Assembly (NCBI RefSeq): GCF_009914755.1
Contig: NC_060933.1
Length of the DNA stretch: 64,000 nt
From: the human T2T-CHM13v2.0 reference genome, Homo sapiens
Direction: 5' to 3' (one strand)
Shown here: in pieces, positions 27,530-40,857 of the stretch
Position numbering within the stretch: the stretch's first letter is position 1
Layout: each line of letters starts with the position of its first letter
The notes under the pieces: model-generated
Told to the model about the DNA's origin: nothing
What the model saw: the letters and a program-made list of their open reading frames with translations, nothing else
Databases searched by the model: none
Made by a program: the position numbers and the translations under genes

Positions 27530-29186
27530 AACACCCCTTCATGCTAAAAACTCTCAGTAAACTAGATATTGATGGAACATATCTCAAAATAATAAGAGCT
27601 ATTTATGACAAACCCATAGCCAATATCATAATGAATGGGCAAACCTGGAAGCATTCCCTTTGAAAACCAGCACAAGACAAGGATGTCCTCTCTCACCTCT
27701 CCTATTCAACAAAGTATTGGAAGTTCTAGCCAGGGCAATAAGGCAAGAGAAAGAAATAAGGGGTATTCAAATAGGAAGAGAGGAAGACAAATTGTCTCTG
27801 TTTGCAGATGACATGATTCTATATTTAGAGAACCCCATCATCTCAGTCTAAAAACTCCTTAAGCTGATAAGCAACTTCAGCAAAGTCTCAGGATACAAAA
27901 TCAATGTGCAAAAATCACAAGCATTACTATACCAATATTAGACAAGCAGAGAGCCAAAACGTGAGTGAACTCCCAATCACAACTGCTACAAAGAGAATAA
28001 AATACATAGGAATACAGCTTACAAGGGAAGTGAAGGACCTCTTCAAGGAGAACTACAAACCACTGCTCAAGGAAATAAGAGAGGACATAAACAAATGGAA
28101 AAATAATTCCATGCTCATTGATAGGAAGAAGTGATACTGTGAAAATGGCCATACTGCCCAAAGTAATTTATAAATTCAATACTATTCACAGAACTAGAAA
28201 AAACTACTTTAAATTTCATATGGAACCAAAAAAGAGCCCATATAGTCAAGACAATCCTAAGCAAAAAGAACAACACTGGAGGCATCATGCTACCTGACTT
28301 CAAACTATACTACAAGGCTACAGTAAACAAAACAGCATGGTACTGGTACCAAAACAGATATATAGACCAATGGAACAGAACAGAGGCCTCAGAAATAACA
28401 CTACACATCTACAACCATCTGATCTTTGACAAACCTGACAAAAACAAGCAACAGAGAAAGGATTCCCTATTTAATAAACGGTCCTGGGAAAACTGGCTAG
28501 CCATATGCAGAAAATGGAAACTAGACTTCTTCCTTACACCTTATACAAAAATTAACTCAAGATGGATTAAAGACTTAAATGTAAAACCTAAAACTATAAA
28601 AACCCTAGAAGAAAACCTAAGCAATACCATTCAGGACATAGGCACAGGCAAAGATTTCATGACTAAAACACCAAAAGCAATTTCACCAGAAGCCAAAATT
28701 GACAAATGGGATCTAATTAAACTAAAGAGCTTCTGTTCAGCAAAAGAAACTATCATCAGAGTGAACAGGCAACCTACAGAATGAAAGAAAATGTTTGCAG
28801 TCTATCCATCTGACAAAGGGCTAACATCCAGAATCTACAAGGAACTTAAACAAATTTACAAGAAAAAAACAAACTGCCTCATCAAAAAGTGGGTGAAGGA
28901 TATAAACAGACACTTCTCAAAAGAAGACATTTATGCAGCCAACAAACATATTTAAAAAAAGCTCATCATCACTGGTCATTAGAGAAATGCAAATCAAAAC
29001 CACAATGAGATAATATCTCATGCCAGTTAGAATGGTGATCATTAAAAAGTCAAGAAACAACAGATGCTGGAGAGGATGTGGAGAAATAGGAACAGTTGTA
29101 CACTGTTGGTGGGAGTGTAAATTACTTCAACCATTGTAGAAGACAGTATGGTGATTCCTCAAGGATCTAAAACCAGAAATACCATT
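27530..29186 (+). mobile_element. L1PA ORF2 fragment (RT/C-terminal part)
   Basis: [37 protein letters not shown]..., with stops and deletions. Confidence 0.95.
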
Positions 29187-29279
29187 GTTAGGAGGTCTCC
29201 AACTCCTGACCTCAGGTGATCCGCCTGCCTCAGCCTCCCAAAGTGCTGGGATTACAGGCGTGAGCCACCGCATCCGGCG

Positions 29280-30483
29280 AATGTCGCATTTTGACATGCC
29301 CAGGAACCTCCAGTTATTTGGAAATCTTTAGAAGAATTCACCCAATTTATACAGCTATTGCAGCCTGATGGCAAATCCCTGGCTTTGTTAGCCTCAAGGC
29401 TTTAAAAAAATCTGAGATTCTTTATTTAAAAGTTCCAAAAAAGCCAATTTTACAAGAACCTATATGGCCAATCACTATTCTTGCTGCACTTTATGCAAAT
29501 AATCAGGTCAAGCATAATGAGACTAAAATTCATTTTGCAAATAAATTGGTCCTACAATAATTTATCCTTGGTAGAAATAGAGAAACTTAGAAAAAAATTG
29601 TTTCAGAAGAAAACTATTGTACACCCATGATTAGATTCTAGTCTTAACCATTGTTTTTATTACTTGCCTACAATTTGGACTAAATCCTAAATTATTTTGT
29701 GGCTACAAGAAGTCTCTAAAGACAAACCCGGTTTTAATTTTCTTCATGTTGTTTTTAGTTGGCTCCCTAATGGAATAGGTTCTTTTTTGTTGTTGTTGTT
29801 CTGGCATACAAATTCTGTTTTTGATTGTAGTCCCTTGTGTGCATATTAATGTTATTTATCTCTCATTGTTTTACTTCATCCAAGAAAATCAAAATCATGG
29901 TACTCCAAAGACTAGAGATGATTCAAGAAAGCCTATGCATTTTTTCTCATCTGAAATCCCACTGGGCCTGATCTGTTTCCCATTGCCAGTGCACTGCTGC
30001 TAAAGCTGTACAATATCAAGCACCCTTCCTCTAAACTCAAAGACCATTGAAGAAGAGGACAGTGTGTGAGATTCTAAAAGCCCAATTAGAAAGCTGGAGT
30101 GTGGAGGTTATAGCAACTCCATCTTGAATTCTAATCTGCCATGTTGACATCTGATTAATCCCACTTCTAGGAATGCCTTTAAGATTTCTGCCTTATCTAC
30201 TATCTCTTGTATAAGAGCACCTACCATAAATCCTACCCTTAGGCAAATTCCTACATATTCCTGCTGAAGCATGTATATCCTTTCCCTATGGTATATCAAC
30301 CCTGGGTCTGGGGAGTAACAGTGAGGGGATCCTTTGTCTCACAGCTGCCTGAGACACAGCTTCTGTTTGTAAGCCCCTATTAAATGTTTCTCTCTGAGAA
30401 ACTGTTTTGTCACTCTCTTTGTTCAGTGTCTCAGCTCCCTTGGCCTTTGGGGGTAGGTTTGCACAGACCTGCTCACTTACCAC
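29280..30483 (+). mobile_element. ERV1 (MER4-group) internal remnant and LTR (~30100-30483); related remnants at ~26770-27520
   Basis: ERV-internal-like sequence followed by an LTR with ATTAAA. Family is uncertain. Confidence 0.5.
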
Positions 30484-30739
30484 AGAGCAAGCTTACTCAC
30501 AGCATGGTGGCTGGGTTGGAAGGGCAAGCAACACAAGAGAGAAAAAGCTAGGTAGAAGCTGTATCCTTTTTATATCCTAGCACTGGAAATCACATAGCAT
30601 AATCTCTGCCATTTAATAGCAGCCACAAGCTCCCATCACAATTCAAGTGGAGAAAATGTTGATACCTATTAACAGTAGGAGATATGTCAATCACATTGTA
30701 AAATTTTTTTAAGTGGATGAAACGTGTATGTGTATTTGC

Positions 30740-31111
<372 letters not shown>

Positions 31112-31219
31112 TAAAGGAGCAAATAATAAATGGGATGAATGGAAATGGGAGTTTAAACCCACACATATCAATAATTACGTTAAATACAAACAGATCAAAC
31201 ACTCCAATTAGAAGACACA

Positions 31220-31546
31220 GGCCAGGCGTGGTGACTCATGCCTGTAATCCTAGCACTTTGGGAGGCTGAGGTATGAGGACCGGTTGATCCCAGGAGGTTG
31301 AGACCAGCCTGGGCAACATAGTGAGATCCCATCTCTACAAAAAAAAAGTAAAAATTAGCTGGGTGTGGTGGGGCAAACTTGTAGTCCCAGCTGCTTGAGA
31401 GGCTGAGGCAGAAGAATTGCTTGAGCCCAAGAGGTCAAGGATGCAGTGAGCTGTGATCATGCCACTGGGTGAAAGAGCTGACTCCACCTTGGGTGAAAGA
31501 GCTGAAATCCTATCTCTAAAATAAATACATACATAAAAATAAAAAA
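31220..31546 (+). mobile_element. AluJ with a small internal duplication
   Basis: AluJ consensus. TSD AGAAGACA. TGGGTGAAAGAGCTGA is repeated. Confidence 0.9.
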
Positions 31547-32048
31547 GAAGACAGATTGTCAAACTAATTGAAAAAGCAAGTGGTTATTTTTCAGAAACAC
31601 ATTGTCAAAAAAAGACAGATTGAAAGTAAAAGAAAATATATGCAACAGTGTTTGTGTTGCATATATGTGTATATATAGATGAGAGATGAGACAGACACAG
31701 ACATAAATACATGCTGACAAGAATGAGCCTACAGAGAGAGAAGTCCTGAGAATGATAATTCAGTGGTGAGTAAACATTGAATATGTTTCCTGAGAAGCTT
31801 AAAAATAAGTGATACTATAGCTTCCAAGTACCGTATTTCATTTGTTTTCTTGTAATCAAGAAATTGAGTACTTAAGATCATACAGAAATACATGAGAGTC
31901 AGAAATGGAATCTACATTTCCAACTCTTAGTCAAATTGATTAGTACTTCAAAAAGAATTTATCAAGAGTCTACATGTCATAGTCACTGACAGATAAGATG
32001 CAGTTCCTACTCTAAATAAGCTTAAGGTATAGTATTTCTTCTACATAT

Positions 32049-32744
32049 TGTTACAGTAGGTAGCTAGTCATGCATGAGTGGGGCAGGAGAGGGTTGCCCC
32101 CACCCACCAGAATGTCAGGTGACTATCAGGTGATGGTCACTCTGCTTCTCTAAAATAACAATTGGTCACAGCCAGCACCAGGGAGAGGCAGTTTCTCAAC
32201 TGATAAAAACACCTGAAATTGATAATTGGCAGCTTTCAGGAACTGGGCGAATGAGCTCAAACATGCACATTAAGAGTCAAAATGGCAGAGTATGACCTTC
32301 CAGGGGCATTCCACCAGAATTTGAAAGAAAGCCTCAGATAAGCATGCATAAAACTCCAGTAAACACACTGTGCATGCCCACATCCCAAGCACAAGCAGGG
32401 CACCATGCATGTGGGTGGCTCCCCATAACCCTTAAGGGAAGGATGAAGGGAAAGGGGTGCAAGATGCCAGAAGTAGGCCAGCATATAAAATCCTAGGTTC
32501 AAGGATGAACGAGGCACTTGACCTCCAAGATGCCTGCTTGGGTCTCTCCCAAGTGTGTTTTCCTTTCTTTCCTGTTCTAAAGCTTTTTAATAAACTTCTG
32601 CTCCTGCTCTGAAACTTGCCTTGGTCTCTTTTACTGCCTTATGCCCCTCAGTTGAATTCTTTCTTTCGAGGAGGCAAGAAATGAGATTGCTGCAGACCCA
32701 TACAGATTTGCCACCAGTAACTCAGATATTCACCACCCCTAACA
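32049..32744 (+). mobile_element. ERV1 solo LTR (MER50-like)
   Basis: TG...CA ends, 4-bp TSD ATAT, TATAAAA at ~32484 and AATAAA at ~32589. Confidence 0.8.
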
Positions 32745-33449
32745 ATATTATCCATTCAATTTATTTCTATACAAATATCACATGCATCAACCAGCGTGCC
32801 CAAACAGAAATAAGTCAATTAGAAAGTCATTAACTTTAGCTCAAACTTATACTTGCTTTTTTTGGTATTTTTTAACATTACATTTCACTACCAGAAAGCA
32901 TTCCTGAATTGCATAAATAGGTATAACATATATTCAAAGCTTCAAGAAATATTTTCACAGAATCTAATTCTAACATGGCATTAGTCTTACATTAAAAGAA
33001 AATTACCCTTCAAACAAAATATAAATAGGACCACAGTACAGTTTCCCAGAATAGGAGGGCTTATTCTATAAAATTCTAGGCAATAGTCTTTTAAAAGAGG
33101 GAGAAATATTGATGGGGATGGGGAAGACAGAATAAAGAAATTTTAACAAATGACTTCTGATAGCCTTTCATTTTCCTCAGAAATATAAATTTCAGCTCAA
33201 TATCATCATAATAGCAAGTCCCTACTGACATCCTTTCTAAGCAAATCAAAATGAAAAGACACACTTATCTGAGCACTCTGGGCAACTCTACAGCTGAGAT
33301 TATGAAATGAACAAAAAGACTATTTGTCCTCATGAACTGCTAAAATTCCAAACACTGAGGTAAATAAACTCTGATTTAATTCAAGAGCAGAGATTTTAAC
33401 TTATTTCCAATCGGCCCAAATAAATAGTCCTGATTAAAATACAAAGTAC

Positions 33450-33500
33450 CTGGATTCTTCCTCTTGAGCCTTCTTTTCCAGCAGTAGAGGGAAAATGACA
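33450..33500 (-). other. BAAT: Probable alternative non-LTR first exon of BAAT
   Basis: Donor CAG|GTACTT at 33450/33449 in unique sequence, with an HNF1-like site ~110 bp upstream. Consistent with a recalled second BAAT 5' variant ~1.5 kb downstream of the first. Confidence 0.5.
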
Positions 33501-34834
33501 GACACCCTACCAAAACTTGCCCAGAAGGCCAAAACCTCAAATATGCCTTTGGAAGTATAACAGAGCTAACTTAAGTGCTAGGTCACCACATACCTCTTGC
33601 TCTAGTTTCCTATTAATTTTTAACAGTTATTGAACCCAATAAATGTATCACTATTTTCCCTCTTCATTTTCTGTTCTCTCTAAATCCGTCCCTCTTAGGG
33701 ATTGCCACTACATTTTACTCACATTATTTTAATAATTTTCTTTATAGAAGTTGTTTGACCCCTATTGGCACCATTAGGGCATATTTTTCTTCTGCAATAA
33801 AATACTCAAGGTAACTTCTGGAGGGCTCTGCATTTGCAAATGGTTTCTTTCCTGAGACAACAAAAGATGAAAACTACAAATGTGATCACAGTAATGAGTA
33901 ATAAAATACTCAAGCCCCACTTTCAGAATTTGGGGAGGACCAAATCTCCTACTAATCCTCCTCAACTAATTCACATGGTTTCTTGAAATAGCTACAGAAC
34001 GGAGTGTTAGTAGGATTTTACATGACAATAAAAGGACTATCTCCATAAAAGTACTGGATCTTTTTTGAGGTGATAGAGCATTTAAAAAGTGCAAACTTAA
34101 AGGAAACTTAAATTCAACTTAATTTTAAGGAAGTCTGATCAGCCAAATACTCCATAAAAAACTTGAAAACTATTAAGCTACTACCTTGCAAGACTTATGC
34201 TACAGATACAACTGATTAAGAATTATTAACTGGGATACATAAAATATTCCTAAAAAAGTAATGTCTAAAAATCTCAGGTGAATATGAGAAAAAGTCTTAA
34301 ACAGGTACTTAACAGACAATAGGACACAATCATAAGCTTATGGGAAAAGGCTTAATCTCATTATCAAAGAAATGCAAATTAAAATCATGGTGTGTATTTC
34401 ATACCTAAAAGGTTGGCAACAATTAAAAATTCCAAAAATAAGAGTTGGTTAGGAAGTGAATCACTCAGACTCAAGCCCTACTAAGGGAATATAAATTGGT
34501 ACCACCACTTTGGAAAGCAATTGGACATTGTCTAATAAATGTGACAATATGAATAACTTTTGACCCAGCAATTCTTCTTCTAGAGAATAAAAATAAATGA
34601 ATTACAACTACATGCAATAACCTGGATGAATCTTATAAACATAATGTCGTTAGAAACTAGTCATAAATACACATAAATAAATCTTTCAAATTTGTATTTG
34701 CTGAACTAAAACTATAGGCCACATTTTTGGAGTAAATCTTTAAACAAAAGCAAGGAAAGGATTACTGAGAGTCTGGATTGTGGTGAAAAATTACATTAAA
34801 AGAATGGAAGTAAGTAAATGAAAAAAATACATAC

Positions 34835-34990
34835 CTAGCAAGAGAACCTGCCCCCAAAATTTCAGCGTAGGTTCTATTTTCCCTAAGTGTCGGCTGGTCT
34901 GAGAAATAAAGAGAAAGAGTACAAAGAGAGGAATTTACAGCTGGGCCTCCGGGGGTGATGTCACATATCAGCAGGACCGTGAGGCCCCGA
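34835..34990 (-). other. BAAT: BAAT non-coding first exon inside the 3' end of the MER11 LTR
   Basis: Strong donor TAG|GTATGT at 34835/34834 at the LTR end, same orientation as BAAT. An LTR (MER11A) promoter for BAAT is recalled from the literature. The TSS position is approximate. Confidence 0.75.
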
Positions 34991-35980
34991 GCCACAAAAC
35001 CAGCAAGTTTTTATTAAGGATTTCAAAAGGGGAGGGGGTGTATGAACAGGGAGTAGGTCACAAAGATCACATGCTTCAAAGGGCAAAAGGGAGAACAAGA
35101 TCACATGCTTCTGAGGCCAATAAAGATCACAAGGCAAAGGGCAATGCAAAGATCACAAGGCAAAGGGCAAACTTAGAATTACTGATGAGGGTCTATGTTC
35201 CACTGTGCATGTATTGTCTTGATAAACATCTTAAACAACAGAAAACAGGGTTCAAGAGCAGAAAACCGGTCTGACCTCAGATTTACCACAGCAGGATTTT
35301 TTCCCCATCCTAATAAGCCTGAGGGTACCGCAGGAGACCAGGGTGTATTTCAGTCCTTATCTCAACTGCGTAAGACAGACACTCCCAGAGTGGCCGTTTA
35401 TAGACCTCCCCCTGGGAATGCAATTCTTTTCCTAGGGTCTTAATATTTAATATTCCTTGCTACAAGAAGAATTTAGCGATATCTCTCCTACTTACACGTC
35501 TGTTTATAAGCTCTCTGCAAGAAGAAAAATATGGCTCTATTCTGCCTGACCCCACAGGCAGTCAGACCTTGTGGTTGTCTTCCCTTGTTCCCTAAAATCA
35601 CGGTTATTCTTTCTTTTTCAAAGTGCACTGATTTCATATTGTTCAAACACACGTTTTGCAATCAATTTGTACAGTCAGATACAATTACAGTGGTCCTGAC
35701 GTGACGTACATCCTCAGCTTACCAAGATATGAGGATTAAGAGATTAAAATAAGACAGGCGTAAGAAATTATAAGAGTATTATTTGGGAAGTGATAAATGT
35801 CCATGAAATCTTCACAGTTTATGTTCAGAGACTGCAGTAAAGACAGGTGTAAGAAATTATAAAAGTATTAGTTTTGGGAACTGATACATGTCCATATTAA
35901 AATGAAATCTTCACAATTCATGTTCCTCTGCCGCGGCTCCAGCCAGTCCCTCCATTTGGGGTCCCTGACTTCCCGCAACA
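34836..35980 (-). mobile_element. MER11 (HERV-K/HML-8) solo LTR, MER11A-type
   Basis: Minus strand starts TGTTGCGGGAAGTCAGGGACCCC. 6-bp TSD CATACC/CATACT. Inserted in old L1 sequence. Confidence 0.9.
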
Positions 35981-37627
35981 CATACTATGCAACAATAAGC
36001 ATAAGAAACCTAAAGTAGTAATGACTAAGATTATAAAATATATATATATCATATATCTATATGACAAGATCATAAAAACCATAAATCCGAATAATGGATT
36101 TCAAGATTTATGTGGCAAAAATTGACAGAATTAAAAGGAGAAATAGGAAAAATAACAATTCCATAACCATGAGTGAAGGTGTTTAAATCCCTTTTAACAA
36201 TTGGTAGAAAACTTGAAAAAAATCAGTAAAGGCATAGATTTGAACACTATAATGACCTTACCCTAATCGCCTCAACAACTTCAAATGTACACGGCATGTT
36301 CAACAAGATAGGCCATAAGTTAGGCCATAAAATCTCGATACATGTAAAAATACTGAAATCATATATCTCAATGAAATTAGAAATTAATAACATTAAGCCA
36401 TCTAGAAAACTCCCAAATATTTGAAAATCAAACATATTTATGTCATGAGTCAAAAAGAAATCACACTGGAAATTAGGAAATATTTCAAACTGAATGATAA
36501 AGGAAGAATAATATAATTTTTAAAATTATAAAATGAAGCCAAAGCTAAAAAATTGATAAGCCACAACCTAGATTGATTAAATAAAAACAAGATAGGACAC
36601 AAATAACAAATAGCTCAAAATGAAAGTGGGCCTATTATTATAGATCCAACTGACATTAATTAGGGAATATTATGAACAATTTTATGCTAATTAATTTGGT
36701 AACTTACATGAAATCAATTACTTGAAAAAATTTATTGAAGAATAAATGAGACCAAGAAACAATAATTAACGACCAACTCAATAAACCAGGATTGGATCCT
36801 GGATTGGAAGTGAAATTGCTATAAAGGTCATTACTAGGACATTGGTGAAATTTGAATATGGACAGTATATGATTATTGTTACATCAGTGTTACATAGTTT
36901 GAATTTGGTATTTCATGATGGAAAGCAAAACTTTGATGATTGCTCCAGTCTGTTACTGTACAGCTGAGATTAACTTTGGAATTCTATAGGATCAGAGGTT
37001 ACAGACTATTTTTAAATTTGGAAACTTTTCAAGTAAAAGCTTTAGGATTTTTGCACTGTGTAACAACCTAGTGAAAATTTCAAAGTCCTTGTCACTTTGT
37101 GTTTTAGGATTCACAGAATACATGCTAATGGGATTATGAATCAAAGAAGTAGGACCAAATTGTTCATTCTTAGGTTTAGGGTCAAGAAATTTACAGTACA
37201 GTATCTTCTACTTCTGAGTAGAAAGATCTATGGCAGACCAATTCTCTAAGAACTAGAAAAGCAGGATTAAAAAGAACAGAAAAGCAAAACACTGGGAAGA
37301 ATTTAAATATCCAGTTGAATATTGGTTAAATAATTGCATGACATCTAATTATACAATAATATGCTATTAATCAAATTTGTTATTCTTGTCTTTAAAAACA
37401 TGGGGAAATGCTTATAATGTGAAGGGGAGCATGATGCCATAGTAATTGTAAAATACAGGAAAATAATTGTTTTCATTTGGAAATATACCAAAATGTTAAG
37501 TAATTATGAGCGGCAAGATAGTTTTGTTTTTTCATTCTTGTTTTTGCTTTTTTCCTTCCCAATTTTCTAAAAAGAACGTGCTACTTTTGTAATCAGAAAA
37601 ATGACACGTTAAGAAAGGAGGGAGGAG

Positions 37628-37633
37628 TTTATT
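37628..37633 (-). terminator. MRPL50: Candidate distal poly(A) signal of MRPL50 (proximal ATTAAA candidate at 39963-39958)
   Basis: AATAAA on the minus strand downstream of the MRPL50 stop. Usage is inferred. Confidence 0.45.
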
Positions 37634-37938
37634 TTATGCTGTTTAAAACATATATTACATATGTAAAACCATTCTATTGAGTCTGAATCTCTATTTTATT
37701 AGCAGGCTTTATTTAAGCATACCTACTAAGCTTACAGAAGTTCCATCTAAGTAAAATTAGTTAACTGATACCCTTTTTATGTAGCAATCATTAAATTTTT
37801 AAAAATGTAAACCCTTTAAAATTACATCATATGTTTGATTATCTCATTAAACAAGTTAGCAAGCCTAATTTAATCTTTCAGGAAAACTAAAGGCCATTAT
37901 TCTGATATATTCACTGTATTGAACTATAAACCAGTGAT

Positions 37939-37950
37939 GCCCTCTAGTGG
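37939..37950 (-). promoter_or_regulatory. CTCF core motif CCACTAGAGGGC
   Basis: Close match to the CTCF core consensus. Occupancy is unknown. Confidence 0.6.
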
Positions 37951-38485
37951 TACTGATGGACGTACAGTTTACCTTCCCTGTTAGGATGTGTTTACCCTCG
38001 TCGGCTAAATTTACCAAGACTGTTGTTTCAGGTGGCAGTACTTGTCTCCCACCTCAATACCAGCATCTAGATCCATGTTCTCAAAACATAATCAGCTTTT
38101 GAAGCATGCAGAAGCTCAGGACCTACTCCAGACTTACCAAATCAGAATTTGCATTTTTAAAAGATCCCCACATGAAAAAATGAATAAAAGATCCCCAAAT
38201 GATTAACATGCGCATTAAATTTTGAGAATATTGCTCTAGGCTACAAAGGAGAAATTTCTTCTGTCCTAACGATCACATGAAGCTGCTTGGTTTTTGCAGT
38301 TACCACTCCAGTTGTAACTGTTTTTCCACATAGACCTTCTCATCCCTTATTTCCATCTTGCCCTTTGTTTTTCCGTGTCTCTGGATCAGAAGGAAAAATT
38401 GTATAGAAAATGAGATAATGAAATCCTGTACATAAAATTCCAATGATTCCATGCTGAATCTTTTACACAGCAGAAGCAGGACATA

Positions 38486-39285
38486 CAGCAGGCCTTCTGT
38501 ATGTAAACCCTTTAAAATTACATCATATGTTTGATTATCTCATTCAACAACAGCAAGCCTAATTTAATCTTTCAGGAAAACTAAAGGCCATTATTCTGAT
38601 ATAGTCACTGTATTGAGCTATAAACCAGTGATGCCCTCTAGAGGTACTGATGGATGTGCAGTTTACCTTCCCTGTTGGGATGCGTTTACCCTCCTTGTTG
38701 GTTAAATTTACCAAGACTGTGTGTTCCCCATCTGTGGATTCAACCAATTGTGGATCAAAAATGTTCGAGGGGAAAAAAAGATGACTGCATCTGTACTGAA
38801 TATGTATACTTTTTTTCCTTCTCATTATTCCCTAATCAGCATAACAACTATTTACATAGCTATTTACATTGTATTCACTATTTACATAGCTACTTACATT
38901 GTATTCACAATTGTGAAAGCTATTTACATTGTATTCACAATTGTGAATACTATTTACATTCACAACTATAACATATATTATTCACAATAGTTATGTTCAC
39001 AACTATTTACATACTATTCACAATTGTAAATATTATTTTATAGCTATTTACATAGCTACATATTTACATAACTTTAAAATTTACATATTTACATAACTAA
39101 ATACATTGTATTCACAATTGTAAATACTATTTACATTCTATTCAGTATAAGTAATCTAAAGATGATTTAAAGTATATGGGAGGATGTGCATACATAATAT
39201 GCAAATACTACATCATTTTATAAAAGGGGCTTGGGCATCTGTGGACTTTGGTATCCAAGTAGGTGTCCTGGAACCAATCCCCAAG
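38486..39285 (+). mobile_element. MER2 (Tigger) element with a 220-bp insertion and an internal AT-rich minisatellite (38845-39140)
   Basis: TA|CAGCAGGCCTTCTGTAT start, ATCTGTGGATTCAACCAA, and the GGAACCAATCCCC end. Confidence 0.8.
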
Positions 39286-40440
39286 GAATCAACTCTAATG
39301 TCTAAGCTCCAGAGCTCCAGGCACTCTGACACCTGAAGTTCTTGAATGAAGTGCCTGTGGATGATATTTGTAGGGCATGTCTATACTGTTAACTAATTTT
39401 CTTCATGAAGATTCCAGAATTTATATTCCCAACTGAATTTTGCCCTCTTCAAAGGAGTAACCCTGGGAAAGAGAATAAATGCAACTTATTTTGTTAAAAA
39501 CCCTTCTATCACTTTTCTTTAGGAATTGTCAGCAGTCAGAACAATATAAGACATTCCTTCTGTCTCATTACTCTCCAGCCATATCTAAAGCTTGAAAAAA
39601 AAATCCCAAATTTAACACCTTTGTCATTCAGAACCATCTGATAACCTGCTATTTAAGTAATTTCCACAAATTGAGTGCATTAAAGCACAAAGACTTGCCA
39701 CTCTAGTGAATACTCAGCACCACTTTTTAAAAGTTATAGAGAAAAAGGTTTAAAATAAGCATCATCTCCTCTGAAGAGAATATGCAATTAGACATAGAAT
39801 CTGGCACATCTCTTATGAGGAAGAGTCACAGCACTCAATATTTGGCATATATTCTAATTTTTTCAAAATTATACTTACTGGAAAGAAATGGCAAGGCAGA
39901 GCGCAAGCAAATTTCACTTAAAAAATTTACAACACACAATACACTTTAACAAATCTACTTTAATTCTAAAAGAAATTAATCTAGAACTGTCAGTAATACA
40001 CAACATACTTTTATGTTTCTTTTATAGGTATCTATCTAATAAAAGTTTATTTGTGTATGTGCAATGCATAACTCTATCTTAGATATGAATCCTAACAGGA
40101 TGAAAATACTTTCTTGCAACTACTTTATGCTTATGAAAGGTGTGAACTTGCAATGTCCTCCTGTCTTAAACCCAAGTTGACAGTGCCCTCTCAAAACTTT
40201 TCATAAATAATGACCTAATTTCATTTAAAAAATGGTTTCAGCAAATATGAAAATAGAAAGTCCGTTATTTGTCCATTTGTAATATGAGAAAAAAAAAGAT
40301 GATACATTCCTCTACAGAAAAAGTGGGTTTAGAGAACAGTTCTGGTAGTATTTCACATGGTAAAGTATCAAAAGATCTAATGAGCAGCCCCCTTGCTCAG
40401 GGAAAGACAGTGATTTCAATGTGTTTCTCTTCCGAATTGC

Positions 40441-40857
<417 letters not shown>

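Noticed and set aside
27660-28784. Reverse-transcriptase-like ORFs
   Set aside because: Fragments of a broken L1 ORF2, not an intact element or a new RT system.
38845-39140. Repeat array superficially like repeat-spacer (CRISPR) structure
   Set aside because: No unique spacers. It is a slippage minisatellite within MER2 in a human genome.
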